64,000 nt of DNA from an uncultured virus (IMG/VR IMGVR_UViG_3300050821_004861) (IMGVR_UViG_3300050821_004861), one strand, 5' to 3'. Shown: positions 16,485-25,145, numbered from the stretch's first letter. Notes: generated by a model from the sequence alone, not told the origin. Made by a program: numbers and translations.

Positions 16485-17129
16485 TTAGACTGCCTTAACC
16501 ACTCGATCTTTGAGTTCAAGTTCAGCAATCTTCTTTTCCAACTCAGGCAGTGGCATATCAGCAATATTCTCATCTTCTGACTTAGTGATGAGTGTAGTGC
16601 TGTCACCCCATTTACCAGGTCGCCCAGCTTTGAGATGCCTGAAGCGCACCTCAACTCTCAATTTGGCACGAGCAATCACATCAGCATCTTGCACTTTAAT
16701 AGTTTTACCAGATTTAATAATTTCTTTCATATCACGTGCTGCATCATCAGCAATTGATATCACTTCTTCTTCAAATATAGTCAGTCTGTCAGCAATAGCC
16801 ATATTATACAGCGCTTGGAAATCAGCTTCTGTCTTCAGCCATGCTGAACAGCGGCGCACAGTTGGCATGTGTGAGTCTTTACAAATGTTGATCAATAGCT
16901 CACCAGCACTGATCCTCTCACAAATCTCTGTCGCCAACTCTTCAGTGTAATCTATTTGATCCTTAATCTTCTGATTTTCTTTGTACAATTCACGATCAAT
17001 AGCGTCTTGTTTAGCTTTACGTTGGCGCTCAATCTCAGCATCCAGCTTCTGCTGTTTCTTGAGGCGCTCATAATCTTCTTCCCACATCACCGTGGGACCA
17101 GGATCAATGTTATGGATTGGATCAGTCAT
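16485..17129 (-). CDS. terS: terminase small subunit-like protein (Sf6/P22-type HTH)
   Basis: YTEELATEICERI..GE.L..IC....MP....W....F...Y..A...IADD...AKLRV pattern. Confidence 0.7.
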   Translation of the reverse strand: MTDPIHNIDPGPTVMWEEDYERLKKQQKLDAEIERQRKAKQDAIDRELYKENQKIKDQIDYTEELATEICERISAGELLINICKDSHMPTVRRCSAWLKTEADFQALYNMAIADRLTIFEEEVISIADDAARDMKEIIKSGKTIKVQDADVIARAKLRVEVRFRHLKAGRPGKWGDSTTLITKSEDENIADMPLPELEKKIAELELKDRVVKAV

Positions 17130-17409
17130 TTCTGTTGCGCTCCAGTCTGCGGAGTTTCTCCATTAACAACTTGCGCCTTCTATGATGTATCAAAGCCAAG
17201 TAATGTTCCACATTTTGGATATGTTTACTATCAGCCAATACTTCCTTAATAGATCTAACCAATTTGGTCTTAAACTGATTTAACTTGCGTTCTTCATCTA
17301 TTGATTGCGGTTGTTCTATTACTTGAGTCTCAGTACGTCCTTGAATCCAAGCATTTCGCCATATTCTTTGAGCTCGCTCACGGGCCGTTTCAGTTGGAGC
17401 TTCGAACAT
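17122..17409 (-). CDS. hypothetical protein (possibly leaderless)
   Basis: TATAAT sits 6 nt upstream of the ATG. Confidence 0.55.
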   Translation of the reverse strand: MFEAPTETARERAQRIWRNAWIQGRTETQVIEQPQSIDEERKLNQFKTKLVRSIKEVLADSKHIQNVEHYLALIHHRRRKLLMEKLRRLERNRND

Positions 17410-17473
17410 ATCACAATTATACTATGAAAATACGGCGAAATTAAGGCTGAATTTCAACAAAAGAAAAAAGTAG

Positions 17474-17502
17474 TTTACACGGGTTTGCGTTTGTGCTATA
17501 GT
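17474..17502 (+). promoter_or_regulatory. sigma70-like promoter
   Basis: TTTACA-17 bp-TATAGT with TGn. Same TTGTGCTATAGT as the promoter at 26772-26800. Confidence 0.6.
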
Positions 17503-17529
17503 TCGCCTCCCAGGTAGCAGGAGGTGAGA

Positions 17530-17700
17530 ATGGATACCGCAATCGAAGAACTACTCAAGAAGCGAGTATTCAAATGTAAACAATGCGAAACTGAATATAT
17601 TAGATTCAGTTCCAAACAGATGTTTTGTTCAGATGCTTGCAGATATAAATGGCATAATCAGCGTCCAAAATCAAAAATGAAAGACTTGTTTGCAGCATGA
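17530..17700 (+). CDS. small zinc-finger protein (not in ORF track): MDTAIEELLKKRVFKCKQCETEYIRFSSKQMFCSDACRYKWHNQRPKSKMKDLFAA
   Basis: GGAGGTGA RBS; CxxC...FCSxxC. Confidence 0.65.
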   Translation: MDTAIEELLKKRVFKCKQCETEYIRFSSKQMFCSDACRYKWHNQRPKSKMKDLFAA

Positions 17701-17712
17701 TGGGAGGTATCA

Positions 17713-17907
17713 ATGTTCATATATATTCCAGATGAAGAAAAAGATAAATGGTACAATATTAATCATATAGCCATGATTGATACATATATTGAACATCCAT
17801 CTGAAAATAAAATTATCAGAGTAAACTTTACTGAAGCATCAGGTCTTCAACCAATACATATATCAGAAACTAAATTTAGAGAGATAATGAACATAAGCAA
17901 TAATTGA
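17713..17907 (+). CDS. hypothetical protein
   Basis: GGAGGT RBS. Confidence 0.6.
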   Translation: MFIYIPDEEKDKWYNINHIAMIDTYIEHPSENKIIRVNFTEASGLQPIHISETKFREIMNISNN

Positions 17908-17920
17908 GGGTGGGCGCGCC

Positions 17921-19405
17921 ATGTCTGATGAAGAAGATCTCAAAGCACGTGAGAATATTACACGTTTGGACGAAACTCCTGAGTTCCAGAAAAATCAAAC
18001 AAATCAAACAAGACCAGAATATAAGAGAACTGGCGATCCCAAGAAGGATGCCATATTAGAATTAAATCAAGATCATTTTACCACATATTTAAATGGGCGC
18101 TTCAAAGTAGTCAGAGAGAATCCAGATGGCACATTAGAAATAATGGATAAAAAAGATTTAGTTGCTGGTTATTCAGATAGACGCATTATGATAGTGCCAG
18201 CAGAGGGTGGTGATCCAAAATATGTTCAAATTACAGAGGTATGGTTTGCCAGCCCTGAGCGGCGCCACTTTAAATACGGATTTGATTTTGATCCATCATA
18301 TTTGGGTAATAGAAATGATAAATACAATTTATTCAAAGGATATAAAATCAAAGCAATTGCTGGAGATTGTTCACAATTTATAGATTTGATGAGAAATATT
18401 ATTTGTTCTGGAAATGAAACTAATTTTGATTATCTAGTAGCGCTCATTGCACAAATGTTCCAAGAACCACAATTAAAACCAGGTATAGCTGTGGTAATAC
18501 GTGGAGATGAGGGCGTAGGCAAATCATTCTTTGTTGAGCGTCTATCTGAAATGATGCGCCCATATTGTTTTAAAACATCAAATCCACAATACATATTTGG
18601 CGATCACAATGGCCAATTAAAGAACACAATCATACTTCATTTAGAGGAAGCGGTTTGGGCTGGAAGCAAGAAAGATGAATCATTACTAAAAGATATCATA
18701 ACTGGCCCAACGTTACCTATCAATGACAAATATGTGCCAGTATATAGCGTACCAAATCATCTTCACCTGTTCATAACTGGAAATCCAGAATGGCTCGTCA
18801 GCGCTGGATTCAAAGCCAGACGTATATTCGCACTCCATGCATCAGAAGATAAGAGACGTGATACCAAATACTTTGCTGAGCTCGACACATGGTTCCACAA
18901 CGGTGGCGCTGAGGCGCTCATGTATTATTTTATGAATCACAAATACGATGTTGATCTCAGAATAGCGCCAGTTACAGAAGAATTGATATTCCAAAAACAA
19001 CAGAGTATGAGTGGCGTACAAGAATGGCTATATTCTATTGTCAACTCAAAAGAAATGCCTTATGGTGAATTAATAGATGGGAAAGTGTCAGTAATTAAAG
19101 CGTTGTTGTTAAATGATTATAATCACTCTCCATCTGGGCAGCGCCACAAACTAAGTGATCGCAAATTTGGTAATCAATTGGTAGATTTGGTACCCTCAAT
19201 GGTGGTGGAGAATATCAAAATCAAAGATAGTCGTGATGTAAGGAGAAATGGATATATAGTACCGCCACTGGTAGATATCAGAAGGTCATTGGAAACAAAA
19301 CTGGGTGGTAATGTTTTATGGTCAACAGAGGATGGTGAATGGTCAGTACTTAAAGGAAATACTGATTTTGATTTCAGTCTCTATAAGCCAGATAGAGAAT
19401 TCTAA
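17921..19405 (+). CDS. primase-associated P-loop helicase/ATPase (DUF5906/D5-like), paralog 2
   Basis: FDP..YNLFKG, Walker A GDEGVGKS. Clearly homologous to 14678..16150 (shared LVAL.AQMFQEP, LH.FITGNP.WLVSA, QKQQSMSGV.EW). Confidence 0.8.
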   Translation: MSDEEDLKARENITRLDETPEFQKNQTNQTRPEYKRTGDPKKDAILELNQDHFTTYLNGRFKVVRENPDGTLEIMDKKDLVAGYSDRRIMIVPAEGGDPKYVQITEVWFASPERRHFKYGFDFDPSYLGNRNDKYNLFKGYKIKAIAGDCSQFIDLMRNIICSGNETNFDYLVALIAQMFQEPQLKPGIAVVIRGDEGVGKSFFVERLSEMMRPYCFKTSNPQYIFGDHNGQLKNTIILHLEEAVWAGSKKDESLLKDIITGPTLPINDKYVPVYSVPNHLHLFITGNPEWLVSAGFKARRIFALHASEDKRRDTKYFAELDTWFHNGGAEALMYYFMNHKYDVDLRIAPVTEELIFQKQQSMSGVQEWLYSIVNSKEMPYGELIDGKVSVIKALLLNDYNHSPSGQRHKLSDRKFGNQLVDLVPSMVVENIKIKDSRDVRRNGYIVPPLVDIRRSLETKLGGNVLWSTEDGEWSVLKGNTDFDFSLYKPDREF

Positions 19406-19431
19406 TTAATTATACAGTGAAAATATGTTTT

Positions 19432-19664
19432 GTCCGGTTTCTGAAAAACCGTAACGGGACAGGCTAAGTCCTTGTTATTGCAGGGTTTTTCGGCCACCAT
19501 TGATCAGTCCTGTTATGGGTGGGAAAGAGGTATGAAAAAGACGCCTCGCATATGAAAATGGTAACAGGACAAACAGGACTAACAGGACTGGTCGCCGTAA
19601 CCTGTTGTAATCGTTGCGCTTTTTATGTCCTATTATATATGAAAAATAACAGGACTAACAGGAC
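19432..19664. repeat. iteron-like AACAGGAC cluster (putative replication origin)
   Basis: Direct copies at 19563, 19572, 19581, 19648 and 19657; inverted GTCCTGTT at 19507; variants at 19432, 19453 and 19627. Confidence 0.6.
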
Positions 19665-19768
19665 AGCTTAGCTGGTAGTGAATCCCATGGTGGCGCGTCT
19701 TTGGTGGGTGGTGATGGTCAATCAATGGTTGATGGTTCAATGGTAACCACTCTGCTGGTGGGCACATC

Positions 19769-19955
19769 CATCAGTAAACCATCAGTAAACCATCAGTAAT
19801 CAATTCAGTAATTGGTATCAACCATTGGGAAATCATATTGGTGGTCATCAGCCATTGATTGGGCGCCACCAAGGTCAAATATCAATCATCAACTTTTGAA
19901 TCAAATATTGGGATCAACCATTGGGAAATCAGTTTGACAATCATCAGCCATTGAT
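19769..19955. repeat. CCATCAGTAA x3; TCAACCATTGGGAAATCA x2; TCATCAGCCATTGAT x2
   Basis: Direct repeats read from non-coding DNA. Confidence 0.7.
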
Positions 19956-20016
19956 GCCAATGAATGAACGTCAATTTTTGAGATTCATGGTCACGAAAAA
20001 TGGGGCTGATGCCCCA

Positions 20017-20211
20017 TTATCGCTGGTTTCTGGCGTTGCGTTCAGCAAACTCCTCCAGTGACAGTCTCCTGCCATGTTTGTCTCTGGACTTGGCGTCAAT
20101 CATGGCGTCCCACTCAGCTTGCTTGACTGAGTCTGGTTTGGCACTGTTCCTGAAGAACATTGAAACCACGGTCACGATGATGAGACCAACCGCGAAGTGG
20201 ATGAGAATCAT
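20017..20211 (-). CDS. small membrane protein
   Basis: N-terminal TM segment. Confidence 0.5.
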   Translation of the reverse strand: MILIHFAVGLIIVTVVSMFFRNSAKPDSVKQAEWDAMIDAKSRDKHGRRLSLEEFAERNARNQR

Positions 20212-20212
20212 C

Positions 20213-20326
20213 TCACCACCCCCAGTTGCTGTGGATGATGAGAACCACGGTCCAGATCACAGTGGCTGTGGCAAGGGCAATGGTTGGCACATAGATGGCG
20301 TTGGCGACTTTGATGGCATGACGCAT
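20213..20326 (-). CDS. small membrane peptide (37 aa, not in ORF track): MRHAIKVANAIYVPTIALATATVIWTVVLIIHSNWGW
   Basis: AGGAG RBS; hydrophobic helix; stops 2 nt before the next ATG. Confidence 0.45.
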   Translation of the reverse strand: MRHAIKVANAIYVPTIALATATVIWTVVLIIHSNWGW

Positions 20327-20351
20327 GACAGGATGCTCCTGATGAAAGAGG

Positions 20352-20385
20352 GCAAGGGAAAGGGAGGGCGCTTTCGCGCCCTCCC
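20352..20385 (-). terminator. intrinsic terminator after 20395..20841
   Basis: GGGAGGGCGC-GAAA-GCGCCCTCCC then TTTCCCTT. Confidence 0.6.
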
Positions 20386-20394
20386 GTTGCGCCG

Positions 20395-20841
20395 TTAGGC
20401 GGTTTCGCGCAAATCGCGGAAGATAAGCCGCGCCGCGCCGCGTTCCTCGCCGTCTACGGCGAGAGAAAACGGCAGGTTTTTACGCGACGGCGAAATGCGC
20501 CGCGCGATAACCTGCGCGTCTCCCGTATTCGCGTAAGGGAAATCGGCGAGAGGAACGTCGATTTCCTTTTCGCCGTTTAGCAAGGCGAAAAGAGCGGAAA
20601 ACAAACGGTTCCGAGCGGAACCGTCGCGAAATCCCGCTTGCGCGCAGAACGTCTGCACCGGCGAGAGTGCAACGGCAGAAACCGTCGCCTTGCGCGAATT
20701 GCGCGTACGCGGCGCAAGAGCCGCGATAGCGAGGGTTTGCACCGTCGCCGTTAGCTGCGCGATTTGTTCGCGCAAATCGTCCTGCGCGACGGCAGGAACG
20801 ACCGGAGCGGCCGGAGCCGCTTTTTCGCCTTTAATCGACAT
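20395..20841 (-). CDS. hypothetical protein in a GC-rich, TGR/YCA-free island
   Basis: 148 aa ORF with AAGGT RBS and its own terminator. Contains no Trp, no His and no internal Met. Confidence 0.65.
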   Translation of the reverse strand: MSIKGEKAAPAAPVVPAVAQDDLREQIAQLTATVQTLAIAALAPRTRNSRKATVSAVALSPVQTFCAQAGFRDGSARNRLFSALFALLNGEKEIDVPLADFPYANTGDAQVIARRISPSRKNLPFSLAVDGEERGAARLIFRDLRETA

Positions 20842-21157
20842 AACACGATAACCTTTCTACTAGGGAAACCGCGCCGCACGCAGCGGGAGCGGTGCACCGC
20901 GAAAGCGGCGCAACACCTATAAACAACATTTTCTCGCACGGTGCAACGTGTTTTTTATTACGAAAACATTAACTTTTTGTAATGTTCGTTCTTTTCGCCG
21001 TTGCAATGCGACGCAATGCGATATGCGTTTAAATCGCATTAGAGGCTGGCTAGGCCGCTTTCATTTGCTTTCCGCTATGCGACTAGCTCTTTTCGCTCGC
21101 GCCTATCCCTTGCCCTCCCTTGCGCGTTTAAACGCATGTTCGTCATTTCCGAAAACC

Positions 21158-21172
21158 GTTCGCGGTTTGTTC
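21158..21172. promoter_or_regulatory. GTTC-N7-GTTC (alphaproteobacterial SOS-box-like)
   Basis: GTTC gcggttt GTTC. Confidence 0.35.
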
Positions 21173-21381
21173 CGCCATTTTCTGTTTTACCTGTTTCAGG
21201 GCCACCTTTGGTGGTGACCGTCCGTACTTATCCGTCAAAAATTCACTCACCCTCATTTCTACAACCTGGATCTGTGAATTGAGTCCATGCAAGTTCACCC
21301 ATTGACCATCATACAGGCACATTGATTGATAATCAAATGGGCGCTCCAAGATCAATCAATGATTGAACCCAATGGCTGATA

Positions 21382-21597
21382 TCATTTCCTGGCTACCCAG
21401 GTTTCAGTCTCAAAGAGCGCGTTGCGAAGATCATCCATCTCATCGAGGAGGATTTGACGATTGGAGCGCCCCTCATGTATGGTTTCGATTCCAAACCTCA
21501 TACAGCGACCGATGGATAGAACAACTTCACACGCTTCCTCCATCAACCACCCTACGGCCTCTGCTTCGCTTTTTGGTTTGTAATCTTTTATTTTCAC
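21382..21597 (-). CDS. MazG-like nucleotide pyrophosphohydrolase-domain protein
   Basis: LMEEACEVVLSIGRCMRFG...LLDEMDD, a phage MazG-like EExxE motif. Confidence 0.55.
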   Translation of the reverse strand: MKIKDYKPKSEAEAVGWLMEEACEVVLSIGRCMRFGIETIHEGRSNRQILLDEMDDLRNALFETETWVARK

Positions 21598-21859
21598 GGA
21601 ACCTCCTCACTTCTTTTTCTGGGCGCGGCTTAGTGTTGTGGTCGATCTCAGCTTTCATGACAGCTACTTCATTTTTTAGCCATGCGAACTGTTCTGCTAA
21701 TTCATAGTTGGTTACATCAAGCGGTCCTGGAGGGCCTTGAATGCCTTGAGGGCCGCGCTCTCCCATTGGACCCATTGGTCCTGGTGGACCTTGTGGGCCG
21801 TGAATTCGTATGGAAGCGATCAATTGGAGTAGCTGTTCTCTGAACTCTTTCTTTTTCAT
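21527..21859 (-). CDS. short collagen-like protein
   Basis: (GXY)9 run. Confidence 0.6.
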   Translation of the reverse strand: MKKKEFREQLLQLIASIRIHGPQGPPGPMGPMGERGPQGIQGPPGPLDVTNYELAEQFAWLKNEVAVMKAEIDHNTKPRPEKEVRRFRENKRLQTKKRSRGRRVVDGGSV

Positions 21860-22573
21860 TTATCCATTCTCCATCCAATGTGGTGGCCAAGGTACTTCAA
21901 ATCTTGGCTGATCTTCGCCTTGGAAGTATCCGTGATTGCACATCCATCTAGGCTTCAAACATGAACTGCACCATCCGCAGCCACGGTGACCTGGCTGGCC
22001 TTCATCCAAGCAATTGGCGCGCTCTATATCGTCGTTCTGGGCTTCACGGCCTATGCACAGATGCCATATGCTGGGTGTGACGTTTCCAGTAACTGGGCGC
22101 TGCCGGGGTATGGCGACGTAAACGCCATTTGGCAACCTCCCAGCTAATACATCTGGGGGATCATGTCTAACTCGTACAGTGATTCTGACAATATCATTGC
22201 TCATTCTGCCGTAATCTGGATCAGAATGTGATAGCTCTCTGATTGCGTTGTAGCTCTTCCATTGTGCTTGATCAGCTTCCCACTTAGCCCAATTGCCGTT
22301 CTCTATTTCTTGTTGTTTGAGGTAGGCGATGTCTGCTAAAATGATTTCTTTATCAACATCATTCCATATTGGACCTGGAGGTGGAGCAGTATAGAAAAGA
22401 AATTCAATTTGATTTTCTTTCATTCTATATTCAGTCAATACTATTCTAGTGGTGTCTCCTAATACAACATCATTGGTTCCATTGATGGTTTTGCTTTTGT
22501 GGCGGACGAAATGAATGCGGCCCTTGACCCGTATATGAGTCATTTCTTTGAACGAACATTTTTGGAATGGCAT
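21860..22573 (-). CDS. hypothetical protein with a C-terminal Cys/His cluster
   Basis: DDIERANC...GH.GCGWC..C..PRWMC. Confidence 0.6.
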   Translation of the reverse strand: MPFQKCSFKEMTHIRVKGRIHFVRHKSKTINGTNDVVLGDTTRIVLTEYRMKENQIEFLFYTAPPPGPIWNDVDKEIILADIAYLKQQEIENGNWAKWEADQAQWKSYNAIRELSHSDPDYGRMSNDIVRITVRVRHDPPDVLAGRLPNGVYVAIPRQRPVTGNVTPSIWHLCIGREAQNDDIERANCLDEGQPGHRGCGWCSSCLKPRWMCNHGYFQGEDQPRFEVPWPPHWMENG

Positions 22574-22768
22574 TACTCATCCTCCGGTAAATCTGGGTAT
22601 GCCCAATGGCGCGCTTTGATATCTGCCATCATTTTCTGAAAACAGTCCTCACATACCAATGAAGTATCCTCAATCGGTACAGTAGGAAAAATTGACGCAG
22701 CTTCCGCCAGAGCCTCTTCATCCGACACTCCTTTGGTGTAGACCTTATGACAGGCGGCGCACTCATAT

Positions 22769-23200
22769 TCATTGGGGCGCAACTTCTTCTTGGTCTTGTT
22801 GAGTTTGAGCCCTGGATGCTTGAATTTTCGCGAGCCTTTCTCTGCTGGTGGCTCCCCAGGAGTCTTTGCCATGTATCTTTTCCCATTCGGTTTTGGCGCC
22901 GTGCAAGCCATTGATAAGAAATAGTATTTCTTTATCACCAGCTATAGCTAAACATTCTTCATCTGTCATTTCTCGTAGATGAATTTTCTCGTCGTATGCC
23001 ATAATATGAGAGCAGATCATACATATGGCAATAGCGCCTTCTTTTGGTAAATGCTTATGGCCAACACTGGTGGCGGCGTCAATCAAGATGCCACAGTTCA
23101 GACAATTGCACCCTGTACTGAGTCTTGTTGTTTGGAACTCAGTATTCAAAATACTCCTGGCCTCTATTTTAAGGCGTTTTATTTTGGCTTCTCCCATCAT
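22769..23200 (-). CDS. zinc-finger hypothetical protein
   Basis: MGEAK.K start; CLNCG...CMIC. Confidence 0.55.
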   Translation of the reverse strand: MMGEAKIKRLKIEARSILNTEFQTTRLSTGCNCLNCGILIDAATSVGHKHLPKEGAIAICMICSHIMAYDEKIHLREMTDEECLAIAGDKEILFLINGLHGAKTEWEKIHGKDSWGATSRERLAKIQASRAQTQQDQEEVAPQ

Positions 23201-23682
23201 GTTTCTCCTAGTGGTTTCTTTCCTATTGTCACTCTATCTGCGTCACGTTGCTCAGGTGTGAGTGGTGGCGCACCTTGCCACTCCGCTTGATAATCATTTG
23301 CTAGTAGCCAAGCTTTACTTTCAACTAACATTTCGTCTGTGGCATCTAGCCATTGTAGTCGGGCCTTATGAACTGAAGCTAATGGAACGTCCGGCCTATT
23401 CCATTTAGGAAGTTCGTGGCGCAGCCAGTACGCTTGGGCAGCTTCAAGTGTTGGATTGAGAAAGAGTTCTAAACGCTCTTTTTGCCATTGTATGAATTCT
23501 GGGTCGTTTTCCATTCCATTAGGCATATCTGGCTCCGGTATTGTTAGCCTCAGTTTATAGACCAGATTTGATAACCAATCATAATGTGGTATCGTCGTCT
23601 GGCCATTCCACGATCTTTTCATTTGGTGGAAACCTTCGCATTTGCTCATCCCAACACTTAGAATGATAAACCCAATTAGCAA
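23197..23682 (-). CDS. hypothetical protein (start uncertain)
   Basis: Co-oriented ORF. Confidence 0.45.
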   Translation of the reverse strand: MLIGFIILSVGMSKCEGFHQMKRSWNGQTTIPHYDWLSNLVYKLRLTIPEPDMPNGMENDPEFIQWQKERLELFLNPTLEAAQAYWLRHELPKWNRPDVPLASVHKARLQWLDATDEMLVESKAWLLANDYQAEWQGAPPLTPEQRDADRVTIGKKPLGET

Positions 23683-23878
23683 TTAAATCATAACTCTCGT
23701 GTGGAAAAACACCGCCGCCATCTAATCCAACATATACCACAACAGGTTCCTTACAGTATGGACACGTATGAATTTCTGCATCACATTCATACATGGGGCG
23801 CGGCTCACTCATTTTCATATCCTTGATGAAGTATCGTCTAGCGAACCATCGAAATTGTGCTTTGTGGCTAGCTTTCAT
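23579..23878 (-). CDS. hypothetical protein
   Basis: CPYC...H..C zinc motif. Confidence 0.5.
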   Translation of the reverse strand: MKASHKAQFRWFARRYFIKDMKMSEPRPMYECDAEIHTCPYCKEPVVVYVGLDGGGVFPHESYDLIANWVYHSKCWDEQMRRFPPNEKIVEWPDDDTTL

Positions 23879-24140
23879 TTTTATTCCCTGGTTTTTGATC
23901 TACGAGAGTTTTGATCTCTACTAAATTACCATCTTTATCAAATTTTGTACTGACAATCAATATTTCAGCTTCTTTTAATCTATCTGAAATGGGCACCTCA
24001 AACCATTTATTTATATTTGGGTTTCCTTCACAGCATGATGTTATACCGCTGCCGTGGCATTCTTCGCATACGACACAGATCCATCTGCCATCTTTATTGT
24101 CGGCATGAACTCCGCTGCCGTGGCAATTTTGGCATCTCAT
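23868..24140 (-). CDS. CxxCxGxG zinc-finger protein
   Basis: CQNCHGSG...CEECHGSG..SCCEG. Confidence 0.6.
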   Translation of the reverse strand: MRCQNCHGSGVHADNKDGRWICVVCEECHGSGITSCCEGNPNINKWFEVPISDRLKEAEILIVSTKFDKDGNLVEIKTLVDQKPGNKNES

Positions 24141-24335
24141 TTACCGTTCCTCAAGCTGTGCATCAGTGAATATGTGAAGCATACCACGAAAATCAGGATG
24201 ATCTGCTTCCACGACATATCGAATTTTACCCTCTGTGGTAGTGAATATAGCCACAATAATACCTGGATATTTGTAGCCATCTAGCTTCTGGACCTTCTGG
24301 TTAAGCTTATGATGAGCAATTTTTTCGCTAGGCAT
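24141..24335 (-). CDS. DfrB (R67 DHFR)-like SH3-fold protein
   Basis: KVQKLDGYKYPGIIV...T...RYVVEA.HP...G.LHIF...QLE aligns by eye with the R67 core. AGGAGG RBS before MPSEK. Confidence 0.45.
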   Translation of the reverse strand: MPSEKIAHHKLNQKVQKLDGYKYPGIIVAIFTTTEGKIRYVVEADHPDFRGMLHIFTDAQLEER

Positions 24336-24375
24336 GGCGTGTGATCCTCCTGCTTTATACTGTGGCGGTACCATT

Positions 24376-24870
24376 TTAACCATGGCGCTTCTCCCAGAAA
24401 TTTTCTCCAAACAAGGCTCGCTCTAAATTGAATATAGAATTTTTATCAGTATCTACACTGAAATAACTTAAATCCCACATTTTGACTTTGCCATCATGGC
24501 AGCCGCTTTGAGGATCTTTGGCGTAGTCTCGTAATGGAATATTATCGCCACGAACTAAACCTAACACGTTGGTGGCTGGTATATAAGCCAACAGGGCGCT
24601 TCTACCACCGCTCTTAGCGTGCATATGATGATAACGCCTTTGAGCTGGGCGCACCTCCCATTTGATTCCTTTGCGGTTGGTTATTAAATACTTGAGTTCT
24701 AATCCAACAGTTTTTTCGCCACAACTAACCTTACAATCTGGAGCGCCAACAGTGCTGCCATACATCATAGGTTCTACCCATTCTAATTTTAATCTACCCT
24801 CGCATTCAAATATCCATTCTTGGAGCCAATATCTGAGATCGCCTTCGCTTGATATTTCTTTGAGCTTCAT
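24376..24870 (-). CDS. VRR-NUC / Holliday-junction-resolvase-like PD-(D/E)xK nuclease
   Basis: E...GAPD...LELK...RPAQ..Y. Confidence 0.65.
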   Translation of the reverse strand: MKLKEISSEGDLRYWLQEWIFECEGRLKLEWVEPMMYGSTVGAPDCKVSCGEKTVGLELKYLITNRKGIKWEVRPAQRRYHHMHAKSGGRSALLAYIPATNVLGLVRGDNIPLRDYAKDPQSGCHDGKVKMWDLSYFSVDTDKNSIFNLERALFGENFWEKRHG

Positions 24871-24914
24871 TTCTGCTACCTATTTGAATCTCAGTACGTC
24901 AGACATTTGACCCA

Positions 24915-25145
24915 TCATCCATCATTACTCTCTGTTATATCTTTCATTGCATCACGAGCGTGTTCTGCTATCAATCTGGCAAATCCAAACGCTTCTTCTG
25001 GAGATAATCCTATCCAAGCACATGGCTTACCAAAATTAATAATGACTTTTCCTTTGTCATGTGTAAAACCGACCAAAAGCCCTCCCTCATCTTCTTCGTT
25101 CATTTTACCGTGTGGATAGTCGCCTGTTGCTCCAAATTGGCTCAT
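24915..25145 (-). CDS. hypothetical protein (GATG.YP.GK...DEG type)
   Basis: Packed in the operon. Confidence 0.6.
   Translation of the reverse strand: MSQFGATGDYPHGKMNEEDEGGLLVGFTHDKGKVIINFGKPCAWIGLSPEEAFGFARLIAEHARDAMKDITESNDG

Noticed and set aside
20339..20365. Plus-strand CTGATGA...GAAA as another hammerhead
   Set aside because: The intervening AAGAGGGCAAGG cannot form stem II, and the adjacent hairpin is better explained as a minus-strand terminator.
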